Of a stretch of 64,000 nt of DNA, positions 29,499-37,937 are shown piece after piece (the first letter of the stretch is position 1; every line of letters starts with the position of its first letter). The DNA is from Spirochaetia bacterium. GTDB taxonomy: Bacteria; Spirochaetota; Spirochaetia; DSM-2461. Location of the stretch: NCBI GenBank assembly GCA_963668315.1, contig OY764216.1:4224001-4288000 (forward strand), read 5' to 3'. Position numbers and translations under genes: made by a program. Under the pieces are notes generated by a model that saw only the letters and a list, made by a program, of their open reading frames with translations, did no database searches and was not told the origin of the DNA.

Positions 29499-31457
29499 CT
29501 AAAGAGACTCTCTCCACACCTGATAGGCTGTCAGATCCCAGACATCCATCAGTTTGGTATCGTCCTTATCCTCCATATAGGCCCTGCGTATCCTCTCTAC
29601 TTCATCCAGATTCAGAAAGGGATCATCTCTTCTTATTGATCTGAGCTTCCGGTCGATCATTTCAGAGCAGTAATTTCTGTATCTGTCGTAAGCCTGAAAA
29701 CTGAGATCTCCCTTGCCTCCCCTCAATCGTATTTTGTCCGGAAGGATTCCTTCCATTGCTCTACGGAAATGCTGCCTGGTCATCCCTTCCTTCAGCTTAT
29801 ATTCGGATGGAACGGATAGGGCGAATTCGGCTAATTCACGGGAAAAAAACGGATGGCGCAGTTCTATTCCGCAAAAAGAAGCGACTCTCTCGGCGTACTC
29901 AAGAATATAAGCATTACCCGATAATGCCATATCAATATAATGGAGTCGGTTATCGGCGGCAGGATATTTTCCTATTGTCGATTGAGATCTAAGATACCTC
30001 AGACGTTCCTCTAAATGATAGGTTTTCACCACAGACGACTTAAGAAGGGAATCATCAAAGGTAAGTTTATCCGGTTTTATCGCGAGAATAGAACGGAGTA
30101 ATTTTTTCCTGGAAACATTTGTCACCCTGTGGATTTCGTTGAAATTTTTATACAAGCCCATGAGGCGCCCCTTGCGAAGCATATACTGAAGATAGGGTAA
30201 GGCGTACTTATCAAAGGAGGCAGCCCTGGAATAGAAGGGGATATCACGCCCGAAACTGGTTGAAACACCGGACGCTTCCGAAAAAAAAGTTCCCCACTCC
30301 CCAGACTGAGCCAATTGCACGAAGCGGTCATACCCATGGGACATGATCCCGTCGCCGTCCTCCCCGTCGAGAAAAACACATATCCCCTGCTTTCTCGCCT
30401 CCCGGTACAAACCAATCTGCAGATCGTTATTACCCCCCAGATAGGGTCCTTCATGGAGCCAGAGCATATCCTTGACATATTCCATGGGACTTATCCTGTC
30501 GGGATAAACATAATGGGGTGTGATATTACCTTCACGCAGTACATGCTGAATCCACTCCGTCTCATCAGATGAAGACTCAAAAAGACAGGAGAAAGAGTGG
30601 AGAGGCCCTAGACTGTGATCTTTATGGTAATCCCGTGCGGCGCATGTAACCGAAGAAGAATCAAGGCCTCCGCTTAAAGCTGTACCGACTCCTCCGGCAG
30701 CTCTCATTTTCGATGCTATACTCTTCGTGAAGAGTTCCCGAATTTTCTCGTAATAATCGCTTTCAGTTTTGCATTCAGGGGCATGCGCCGGTTCGATCTG
30801 CCAATATTTTTTTTTATCGATTGCCCCGTCGTTAACGGTAAGAGTATGAGCCGGAGGTAAGCGGTAAATTCCCTCATAAAAAGAGTTTGCCTGATCCTGA
30901 ACCACAATTTCCGGAACAAAATGATAAGAACAATACTCAAGATTCAATTTATTCTCAACCAAACCGGAAGCCAATATGGCCTTTGCTTCCGAAGCGAAGA
31001 GGAAAAAATCAGAGCTGTGATAATAAAAAAAGGGTTTGACCCCGAAGCGGTCCCGCCCGCAGAACAGTTTGACTCCGTCCCAGAGAGCAAAAGCAAAATC
31101 GCCGTCAATTTTCTGAAGGCAACTCTCTCCCCATTTTCTATAAGCTTCAATGAATAATTCGTGATCGGAAATATGGCGCAGCGGCTTCTGATCAAATCCG
31201 CATGCACGATACACTTCACTCCTGTTATCCAGCCTGCCGTCCAGCAACAGAATAAATTTGCCCTTGCAAAAAGGTCCCTTTATGTTCTTTTCCTCTTCGG
31301 TTACGGGAAAAGCCCCCCATCCCAAGAGGGCTGCTCCGGATTTTATGACTTTGGGAGCCTCTGTATATCTATGCATAATAGACTTCAGCATCAATTCAAC
31401 ATGAGATGTCCTGTCCGGAGAGGAGGAGAACTGGATCAGACCGGCAATGGCACTCAT
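29499..31457 (-). CDS. Lasso peptide cyclase (protein C, asparagine-synthetase-like)
   Basis: Starts MSAIAG (no catalytic Cys), DGRLDNR, RDRFGVKP, PP-loop LSGGLDSSSV, DGEDGD, ELRHPF; clustered with RRE, B2 and precursor. Confidence 0.9.
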   Translation of the reverse strand: MSAIAGLIQFSSSPDRTSHVELMLKSIMHRYTEAPKVIKSGAALLGWGAFPVTEEEKNIKGPFCKGKFILLLDGRLDNRSEVYRACGFDQKPLRHISDHELFIEAYRKWGESCLQKIDGDFAFALWDGVKLFCGRDRFGVKPFFYYHSSDFFLFASEAKAILASGLVENKLNLEYCSYHFVPEIVVQDQANSFYEGIYRLPPAHTLTVNDGAIDKKKYWQIEPAHAPECKTESDYYEKIRELFTKSIASKMRAAGGVGTALSGGLDSSSVTCAARDYHKDHSLGPLHSFSCLFESSSDETEWIQHVLREGNITPHYVYPDRISPMEYVKDMLWLHEGPYLGGNNDLQIGLYREARKQGICVFLDGEDGDGIMSHGYDRFVQLAQSGEWGTFFSEASGVSTSFGRDIPFYSRAASFDKYALPYLQYMLRKGRLMGLYKNFNEIHRVTNVSRKKLLRSILAIKPDKLTFDDSLLKSSVVKTYHLEERLRYLRSQSTIGKYPAADNRLHYIDMALSGNAYILEYAERVASFCGIELRHPFFSRELAEFALSVPSEYKLKEGMTRQHFRRAMEGILPDKIRLRGGKGDLSFQAYDRYRNYCSEMIDRKLRSIRRDDPFLNLDEVERIRRAYMEDKDDTKLMDVWDLTAYQVWRESL

Positions 31458-31462
31458 ACTAA

Positions 31463-32401
31463 TTACTCCGAGATAGCCTGATCTCTTAATTCGTTGACCA
31501 GCTCAAGAGACAAGGGCAGTTTTTCCAGGGAACGGGGTCGCACAAGCCGGTATACACGGCCGGTTCGAGCCAATGCGGCGCACTCGTCAAAAAGGCGCTG
31601 TTTCCCCAGCATGGGCAGTAATAAACCATTAAACATGGAACCGTACCAATGGGGCATAAGATAGAATAGGGCCTCTTTCTTATTAAGCGGCTCTATCCGA
31701 GGACTCTCGTCTTCTCCATAATCCAAAAAAATAACGGAATTCAATGGGAGAGGAGAATCGATATACAGATCCTCCAGAGAAACGATTCTTTTATCATAAT
31801 CCACATCCTTTCCTCCAATGGAAGGAAGACTGGATACATCATCGCTTATCTGCTTCGCCGCATCGGGCCAGAGCTTCATTCCGGGAAATCCCGGTTCAAC
31901 CCAGGAGCCATCCCTATGACGATCGACAGCCAGCAGATCATCACTAACAAGGGAGTAACCGTTTTGTATCATGAGAGTTGCCATGGTGGACTTACCGCCA
32001 CCCTTACTGGCGACGAAAGCGACAGCCCCTTTACCATCATGTTTGCCCACAACACTGGAATGATAGACAAAATGGCTCTGTCGCTGAAACATGAGAAGTC
32101 CCAGAACGGGACCGAGAAAGACAGAATTGATCAAGCCCCAGCGGGCCGGTTCCGTTGCAGGCTGGTAAGTAACCGTTGTCCCATCCTCTATGAGGAAAAC
32201 ACCGATTTCTCTCCAGTACATAAACATCCCGGAAGGGACCTTCATCATGACCCTTAACCGGGATTGATCCACTTCCTCCGGAATCGTAACAACTCCTCTC
32301 TTGAAGTAGACATCGTAATTCTCAACAGGAACAATCGGGGTAAAGGGAATCACTTCCACATCTGAACAGACAGTCATCCCGAAGGTCTTGTAGTAATACA
32401 C
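31463..32401 (-). CDS. HPr-kinase-like lasso peptide kinase
   Basis: YHSSVV, Walker A ASKGGGKST, LVSDD, PGMKLWPD; directly downstream of the precursor. Confidence 0.85.
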   Translation of the reverse strand: MYYYKTFGMTVCSDVEVIPFTPIVPVENYDVYFKRGVVTIPEEVDQSRLRVMMKVPSGMFMYWREIGVFLIEDGTTVTYQPATEPARWGLINSVFLGPVLGLLMFQRQSHFVYHSSVVGKHDGKGAVAFVASKGGGKSTMATLMIQNGYSLVSDDLLAVDRHRDGSWVEPGFPGMKLWPDAAKQISDDVSSLPSIGGKDVDYDKRIVSLEDLYIDSPLPLNSVIFLDYGEDESPRIEPLNKKEALFYLMPHWYGSMFNGLLLPMLGKQRLFDECAALARTGRVYRLVRPRSLEKLPLSLELVNELRDQAISE

Positions 32402-32461
32402 GATGTCAAACTCCTAAAAACTTGGAAGAAGAGCTGCAGTATGATTTCGAATCAAAAGCAA

Positions 32462-32632
32462 TTACGATGCGGAATAATCTTTGTTATCGGCAAAGGGATG
32501 AGTGGTGGGATCGTCATCAAAAATGAGATCAACTCTCCACCAGTCATGCCAACCCAGTTTACCGACACCTTTTGTCAAATCCATTACCTCGCCAAGATCA
32601 GTCATCTCGGGAGCGTTGTACACTTTTTTCAT
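32462..32632 (-). CDS. Lasso peptide precursor (56 aa): MKKVYNAPEMTDLGEVMDLTK / GVGKLGWHDWWRVDLIFDDDPTTHPFADNKDYSAS
   Basis: Hand translation (below ORF-track cutoff); AGGAGG RBS; leader YxxP motif, G...T(-2); core Gly1, Asp9; C-terminal Ser. Confidence 0.92.
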   Translation of the reverse strand: MKKVYNAPEMTDLGEVMDLTKGVGKLGWHDWWRVDLIFDDDPTTHPFADNKDYSAS

Positions 32633-32684
32633 TTATGCCTCCTGAAGCGTTTTAACATTATTAAATGAAAACTCTTTCTTCCAA

Positions 32685-32714
32685 GTATGTTATCATACAA
32701 GGAATATTATAGCA
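32685..32714 (-). promoter_or_regulatory. Candidate extended -10 promoter and imperfect palindrome upstream of the precursor
   Basis: TGcTATAAT on minus strand at 32714-32706; GTATG-TTAT-CATAC at 32685-32698. Confidence 0.35.
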
Positions 32715-32867
32715 CACTTACAACACGTTTTCTTCATATTCCACATATTTCTTCCTAATTTATCAACATTTTCTAATTGTCAAATCGATACCGATATAAT
32801 ATACGCCTTTTATCATGATAATAATGACTCGTTTACATTTTCCTGTGTCTATTATAAAATGATTCCA

Positions 32868-34118
32868 ATGAATAAAAACTGGTCCCGGCTGACAAGGGAA
32901 GAAGAGCTGCTTCTCGCGCTTCTGAATGATGATGACGAAAAAACGGGACAACTCATGGACTCCCATCCCTCCTTGAATTACATGCGATTCTTTGATTTAC
33001 TGACTCTTCATAGAATCAGTCCTTTAATAATGGCAAAATTACTCAAGAACTCCCCTCGTATCCCTTTGCCGGCGGAGTACCTTAAAATCGCCAAACTTGA
33101 TATTCTACGAAACAGCGCGTTTAGAAAACTTCGATTACGGGAACTGCTGAAAGTAGTATCGTTATTGAACAAGCACAATTTTGACATTACCCTGATGAAG
33201 GGTTTTTCCTATGACCCTGATGATCTTTTCTTGCGTTATTTCACTGATATAGACTTGCTGATTGATGAAGATAAGATCCTAGAAGCAATAACAGTATTAA
33301 CTGGAAACGGCTACAATTACAAAGGCAGTTTTATTCTTTCCGAAAAGGAGAAACTTGATATTAATGGGCAGCTGATCTGGAATAATCAATATCAATTTAC
33401 AAGCCCCGGAACACAACTGACAATAGAAATCCATACCAATCTATTTGAAAGAGACAGGATACGCTATGAGAACCTTGAAGTACTCCTGAATCACCCCGAG
33501 ATTTTCAAGAACAACAGAACATGGAGTGACAAGTTAAGCTGCTTTGTTCCCTGTACGGAAGCCTGTCTTCTTCTTTTATGCCTCCACGGTTCGCTTAAAC
33601 GTTCCCTGGCCAATGATTCCTTTATCCTGCGCCATATAACCGACATGGACATACTCTTTTCCCGGGGGATAGATAGCAGCTATTTCATCAGCTTAGTTCA
33701 GAATACTCAGACAGCTTATCACCAGGCCTTTGCCCTTAATCTCTACGAAAGGATAAAAAAAATAGACAGGATGGCTTTGACAGAATCGATAATGGCACTC
33801 CTCTCTGCCAAAGAACTTCGCCTTATGAAATACCACCTATCCTGTATGAAAAACCTATACCACAGCAGCCGTTTTTATCGGTATGTATATCATCTGACAG
33901 CCCCTTTTATCATCGGGGCCCGGGGAAAAAAACGTATTCTCTGGATTCTCTCGGCATTTTTTAATTCGAAGGTACAGCAGGAACAACGCTACATGAAATA
34001 CGGAATCACGAAGGAATCACCCTTAATTTATCTAACCTATCTCATTAACCCCTTTCAGTCGACCTGGCAATTTTTCAAAAAAACAGGAAGAATGATAGGA
34101 AAAACACATCAGCGGTAA
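32868..34118 (+). CDS. Nucleotidyltransferase (NTP_transf_5 type, lasso-cluster associated)
   Basis: LMKG...RYFTDIDLLI...IEIH signature; TTTACA-N17-TAAAAT upstream suggests start at ATG 32868 (ORF track gives 32859). Confidence 0.8.
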   Translation: MNKNWSRLTREEELLLALLNDDDEKTGQLMDSHPSLNYMRFFDLLTLHRISPLIMAKLLKNSPRIPLPAEYLKIAKLDILRNSAFRKLRLRELLKVVSLLNKHNFDITLMKGFSYDPDDLFLRYFTDIDLLIDEDKILEAITVLTGNGYNYKGSFILSEKEKLDINGQLIWNNQYQFTSPGTQLTIEIHTNLFERDRIRYENLEVLLNHPEIFKNNRTWSDKLSCFVPCTEACLLLLCLHGSLKRSLANDSFILRHITDMDILFSRGIDSSYFISLVQNTQTAYHQAFALNLYERIKKIDRMALTESIMALLSAKELRLMKYHLSCMKNLYHSSRFYRYVYHLTAPFIIGARGKKRILWILSAFFNSKVQQEQRYMKYGITKESPLIYLTYLINPFQSTWQFFKKTGRMIGKTHQR

Positions 34119-35908
34119 TTTTCCGCCTGCAGATTAAAAAGTTCGAAGTAAAGGCCTTTCTTTTCCATAAGCTCATCATGGGTGCCTTCCTCGACGATAC
34201 GCCCCTTATCCATGACACAGATACGGTCGGCCATGCGTACCGTAGCCATTCTATGACTGATCAGCAAAGCCGTTTTTCTGGTAACCATAGATCTAAACCG
34301 GGAGAAAACTTCCAACTCTGCTTTCGGGTCCAGGGAGCTGGTTGGCTCGTCAAGCACGATAATCCCTGAATCTTTATAAAAGGCCCTTGCCATGGCCACT
34401 TTCTGCCATTGCCCCCCGGAAAGCTCTTTACCATGTTCGAATAAAACCCCGAGAAGGGTGTCGTATCCCTCATCGAGGTGTTCAACAAGATCTTCGGCCC
34501 CTGCCAGATTAACAGCTTCTTCCAACCTTTTCCTATCAAGGGGACTATTCCAGTCGCCTATATGGATATTTTCTCTCAGTGTCAGATTATATTTAACAAA
34601 ATCCTGGAAAATAACGCCCACATTTTCACGCAGATCCTGCAAATTCAACAACCGGATATCGTTTCCGTCAATTTTGATTGCACCGTCGTTGACTTCATAA
34701 AGCCTGCATAAAAGCTTGACAAGAGTCGTTTTACCGCAACCGTTCAGCCCCACAAGAGCTACGACCTCCCCTTCTCCTATCTCCAGGGAAAGATTATCCA
34801 GAACCTTGTTCTGCGATCGGGGATAGGTAAAGGAAACGTTCTCAAAAACAATCCCTCCGCTTAAGGGACACTTCAACGTCACTGGAATCTCCGGAGAAAC
34901 GATCTGAGGCTCATCATTAAGAAATTCGAATAAATTCCTTAAGAAGAGATTATGACTGTACAAGGAAGTCATTCCATTCAACGCACCTCTCAGAAACCCC
35001 TGTCCTCTCTGGAAAGCCTGATAGAACATGACGAAATCACCCACTGACACCTGGCCTTTCACCACGTCCTTTCCGACCCAGATATAGGCAGAAAACACCA
35101 GAATCACCATAAAAGTATTGCTTATAATCGTATAGAGAGTCCGCCTTGCATCAAGCGCATTTCTGATATTACGCAGTTCCTCCCTGCCCTTGTAAAAACG
35201 TTCCATAATGGTTCTGCCCAGGTGGAAAAGCCTTACTTCCTTGGCGTAATCCCTTTCCAGCATCATAAACTGATAATAAAATGAGCGGCGTTCCTTAACC
35301 GTACACTCCCTCTCCCTCCGATACTCCTTGGAAGAGAAGAAAAGACGATTCACCAGACCGGGCAGGGATGCCAGGAAGAGAACAAGTATAATGAGAGGAT
35401 TAAACCGCGCAATGATCCACAGGACTCCGGCCAGGGAAATGGCATTCTGCAGAATACCGGCCAGGGAGTTGACAATCATACGGGGACGGCTGGCCGCCTG
35501 CTCCTGGGCCCTCTGAAGAGAATCGAGTTTCTTCGAATCTTCGAAAAACTGATAATCAAGGGTTTCCGATTTCTCCAGCAGCATTCCTGTCATGTAATCG
35601 GTCACCCGCCTCCCCTGCTCACGGCTGATCCATTGGGCAAGGGCTCCTGCGATATGAGAACCAAGAGTAACTAAACCGGTTAATACGATGACGATAAGGA
35701 TACGGGAATAATTACCCTCTCCTCCAGCCGCCTGGGCGACGGCATCAACCATCCTTTTTAACAGGAAGAGAAGAAGCACGGGAAACACACCGTTTACCAG
35801 CTGCAGTAAAAAGTTCAATACCAGCCAGAGGGGTGAACTATCCCAGACGAATCGAAGGGAAGTCAATATTCCCGATAGGATCTCCCGTATTTTTTTGCTC
35901 ATTTTCAT
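34109..35908 (-). CDS. ABC exporter, fused permease-ATPase (lasso protein D)
   Basis: N-terminal TM domain; GLNGCGKTT, LSGGQWQK, VLDEPT, ISHR. Confidence 0.9.
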   Translation of the reverse strand: MKMSKKIREILSGILTSLRFVWDSSPLWLVLNFLLQLVNGVFPVLLLFLLKRMVDAVAQAAGGEGNYSRILIVIVLTGLVTLGSHIAGALAQWISREQGRRVTDYMTGMLLEKSETLDYQFFEDSKKLDSLQRAQEQAASRPRMIVNSLAGILQNAISLAGVLWIIARFNPLIILVLFLASLPGLVNRLFFSSKEYRRERECTVKERRSFYYQFMMLERDYAKEVRLFHLGRTIMERFYKGREELRNIRNALDARRTLYTIISNTFMVILVFSAYIWVGKDVVKGQVSVGDFVMFYQAFQRGQGFLRGALNGMTSLYSHNLFLRNLFEFLNDEPQIVSPEIPVTLKCPLSGGIVFENVSFTYPRSQNKVLDNLSLEIGEGEVVALVGLNGCGKTTLVKLLCRLYEVNDGAIKIDGNDIRLLNLQDLRENVGVIFQDFVKYNLTLRENIHIGDWNSPLDRKRLEEAVNLAGAEDLVEHLDEGYDTLLGVLFEHGKELSGGQWQKVAMARAFYKDSGIIVLDEPTSSLDPKAELEVFSRFRSMVTRKTALLISHRMATVRMADRICVMDKGRIVEEGTHDELMEKKGLYFELFNLQAENYR

Positions 35909-35931
35909 AAAGCCCCGTCACTCCCTTCGAT

Positions 35932-36390
35932 CTATAGAAATTTCCCATCAAATGCTTCGAAAACTGCGAATTTATCCAGTCCGTAAAGCTCCCCCAGAAG
36001 CACTTTCCCGTCTTTTTCCAGCCAGGCATGAGCTTCGACAGGATATCCGGGGCGACGCCTTCGCGCTCCTATTTTAAGAGTGACATCCCACCCGCACCGG
36101 CGGAGAAGAATGAATCCGGCCAATGCCCTGGGAAGGCATTTAAGGAGACCGGGAAACGCAATTCCCGTGGATTCAATCAGCCAGGCCAGTCTTTCAGGAT
36201 CGGACAACGTCCGGAGCTCTACCCGCGGACTTTGCTTTTTGACCCAGGCAAGTACCTTGGGAAAAGAAGTAACGGTCATAAGGATGCGTATTTTGAAAAG
36301 GAGAAAGACAGCCTGTCGAAAGAGTTTCCGCTCTCCCCTCTCCATGGAAAAGACAGTTATTATTCTCTTAAGCTTCCTGTTCAAGGACAC
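35932..36390 (-). CDS. Lasso peptide leader protease B2 (transglutaminase-like)
   Basis: KCLPRALA...LLRRCG...LKIGAR...EAHAWLE Cys-His motifs; likely start GTG 36390 or TTG 36384, overlapping the B1 stop. Confidence 0.9.
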   Translation of the reverse strand: MSLNRKLKRIITVFSMERGERKLFRQAVFLLFKIRILMTVTSFPKVLAWVKKQSPRVELRTLSDPERLAWLIESTGIAFPGLLKCLPRALAGFILLRRCGWDVTLKIGARRRRPGYPVEAHAWLEKDGKVLLGELYGLDKFAVFEAFDGKFL

Positions 36391-36646
36391 CCTGACTGAC
36401 CATCTGCTGAATAATTTTTTCAAGATCTCTGCGGCAAAGGTCCTCTTCCACATCATACTCCTGCATGATAAGAGAGACTAAATCCTCCAGAGAAGCACTT
36501 CCCTTCTCAAGTTTCTGCCAGACAAGACTTCCCGTATCGTTCAGAGAGAAATATTTACCTTCCTGAACATGCATCAGTACGGATTCGCCGTCCATTTCTG
36601 TTGATATGACATCACTGGCAATTGTAAACGTGTCGGATAGTTTCAT
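36368..36646 (-). CDS. PqqD-family RiPP recognition element (lasso protein B1)
   Basis: MDGESVLMHVQEGKYFSLNDTGSLVWQKL...EYDVEEDLCRRDL; start 36646 or 36658. Confidence 0.92.
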   Translation of the reverse strand: MKLSDTFTIASDVISTEMDGESVLMHVQEGKYFSLNDTGSLVWQKLEKGSASLEDLVSLIMQEYDVEEDLCRRDLEKIIQQMVSQGVLEQEA

Positions 36647-36860
36647 GTGGTTGATCATACTTGTTACCTTACTTGCGGGTCAAGCTGATTTACTATAGAA
36701 AGGCATATTATCAACTTGGAGGATTGTTATTTATGGAATAATTTTTATTTTTATTTCTGGAAAGTATAATTCACACATTCTTCAATTTTGCCCCATCATC
36801 CCTTCATATCACAAGAGTTAGGACTGTTTTTTTTGTTTAATGTTGTATATTCTTAGGCAT

Positions 36861-37934
36861 ATGAAAAAAGAGGGAAAAATTAATCCTAACATTGAACTTT
36901 TACGGATTATATCGATTCTTGCTCTTGTTCTCTACCATGTTGCTTGTATGGGAGAAAGAAACAGTCACCTGGAAGAGCTTTTTCTTTACATTGCCGACAG
37001 GGGTTGGATGGGAACAGATATGTTTCTCGTTATAGCGGGCTATTTCTTCTATCGATCTTTTCTTCATACATATGAAGGAAATATATATTCATTCCTAAAA
37101 AGCCGTTTTTTTCGAATAGTCCCCTCCTATTTCCTCTTTGTTATTTTATACTTAACGATCGGATTATTTATTGAAAGGAAGGTAGGAAATACTTTTATAT
37201 TACCCAATGCTTATTGGCTTTATTTCCTTACATTTACGGCGAATATCCCCATGGCCATGGGCAATTGGAGCGGTGTTGCCCTGGAAGGTTTATTTGGGAT
37301 TTCCCTCCTTGTACAACTTTACTTAATTTTTCTCTTGATATTTTCCATAAGTAAAGACAAAAACAACCTTAAGAAAATACTGCTTATAATAGAAACGGTC
37401 GTGCTTATCAGCCGTTTCATTCCTTTGCTTAAAAACACAGCATGGTTCAGCTATTTTTTCACATTGACTAGAATGGACGGTTTCATTTTCGGGATTCTTT
37501 TGGCGGTTCTATATGAGGATAAGCAAGCTAAGGAACTGCTTATCCGACTAAAAACGAAAATTCTTCTCATTTCGTTTTTAGCGTTATTATCAACAGCCCC
37601 TTTTACAGGGATATTATCAGTTAACCACAGCAATACTTCCTGCCTGGCTTTTCCCCTTATAGGACTGTTCTTTTCCGCTCTACTGAACTATATTCTTACC
37701 TGGAGAATAAGGATTCCCCAGTTCTACGCGGGAGATTTTGTCTATTCCGTTTATCTTGTCAAACTCCCGTTAATATATATTGTTCTACGTTTTTTGGATC
37801 ATCTTCCCAATATAACACATATACCCTTCATCTCTGTTATAGCATCTCTGATATTCTGTATAGCCTGGGGAGCAGGATTAAGCTTTATTCATAAACATAG
37901 CTGTAAGCTGATAAAAGGAATTAACAAAAAGTAA
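36861..37934 (+). CDS. Acyltransferase family 3 (OafA-like membrane acyltransferase)
   Basis: IELLRIISILALVLYH, GWMGTDMFLVIAGY, FLKSRFFRIVPSY, TRMDGFIFG; multiple TM helices; ends 3 bp before the PKS. Confidence 0.8.
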   Translation: MKKEGKINPNIELLRIISILALVLYHVACMGERNSHLEELFLYIADRGWMGTDMFLVIAGYFFYRSFLHTYEGNIYSFLKSRFFRIVPSYFLFVILYLTIGLFIERKVGNTFILPNAYWLYFLTFTANIPMAMGNWSGVALEGLFGISLLVQLYLIFLLIFSISKDKNNLKKILLIIETVVLISRFIPLLKNTAWFSYFFTLTRMDGFIFGILLAVLYEDKQAKELLIRLKTKILLISFLALLSTAPFTGILSVNHSNTSCLAFPLIGLFFSALLNYILTWRIRIPQFYAGDFVYSVYLVKLPLIYIVLRFLDHLPNITHIPFISVIASLIFCIAWGAGLSFIHKHSCKLIKGINKK

Positions 37935-37937
37935 CAT

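Noticed and set aside
29499..31457. Calling this gene an asparagine synthetase
   Set aside because: Lacks the N-terminal catalytic Cys and sits with RRE, B2 and precursor, so it is a lasso cyclase
32441..32668. 75-aa plus-strand ORF in the track over the precursor locus
   Set aside because: Antisense shadow of the lasso precursor; the minus-strand ORF has the RBS and lasso motifs
32633..32860. Additional lasso precursors in the intergenic gaps around the cluster
   Set aside because: I saw no second ORF with YxxP/T(-2)/Asp-Glu 7-9 here or in neighbouring gaps, though this was by eye only
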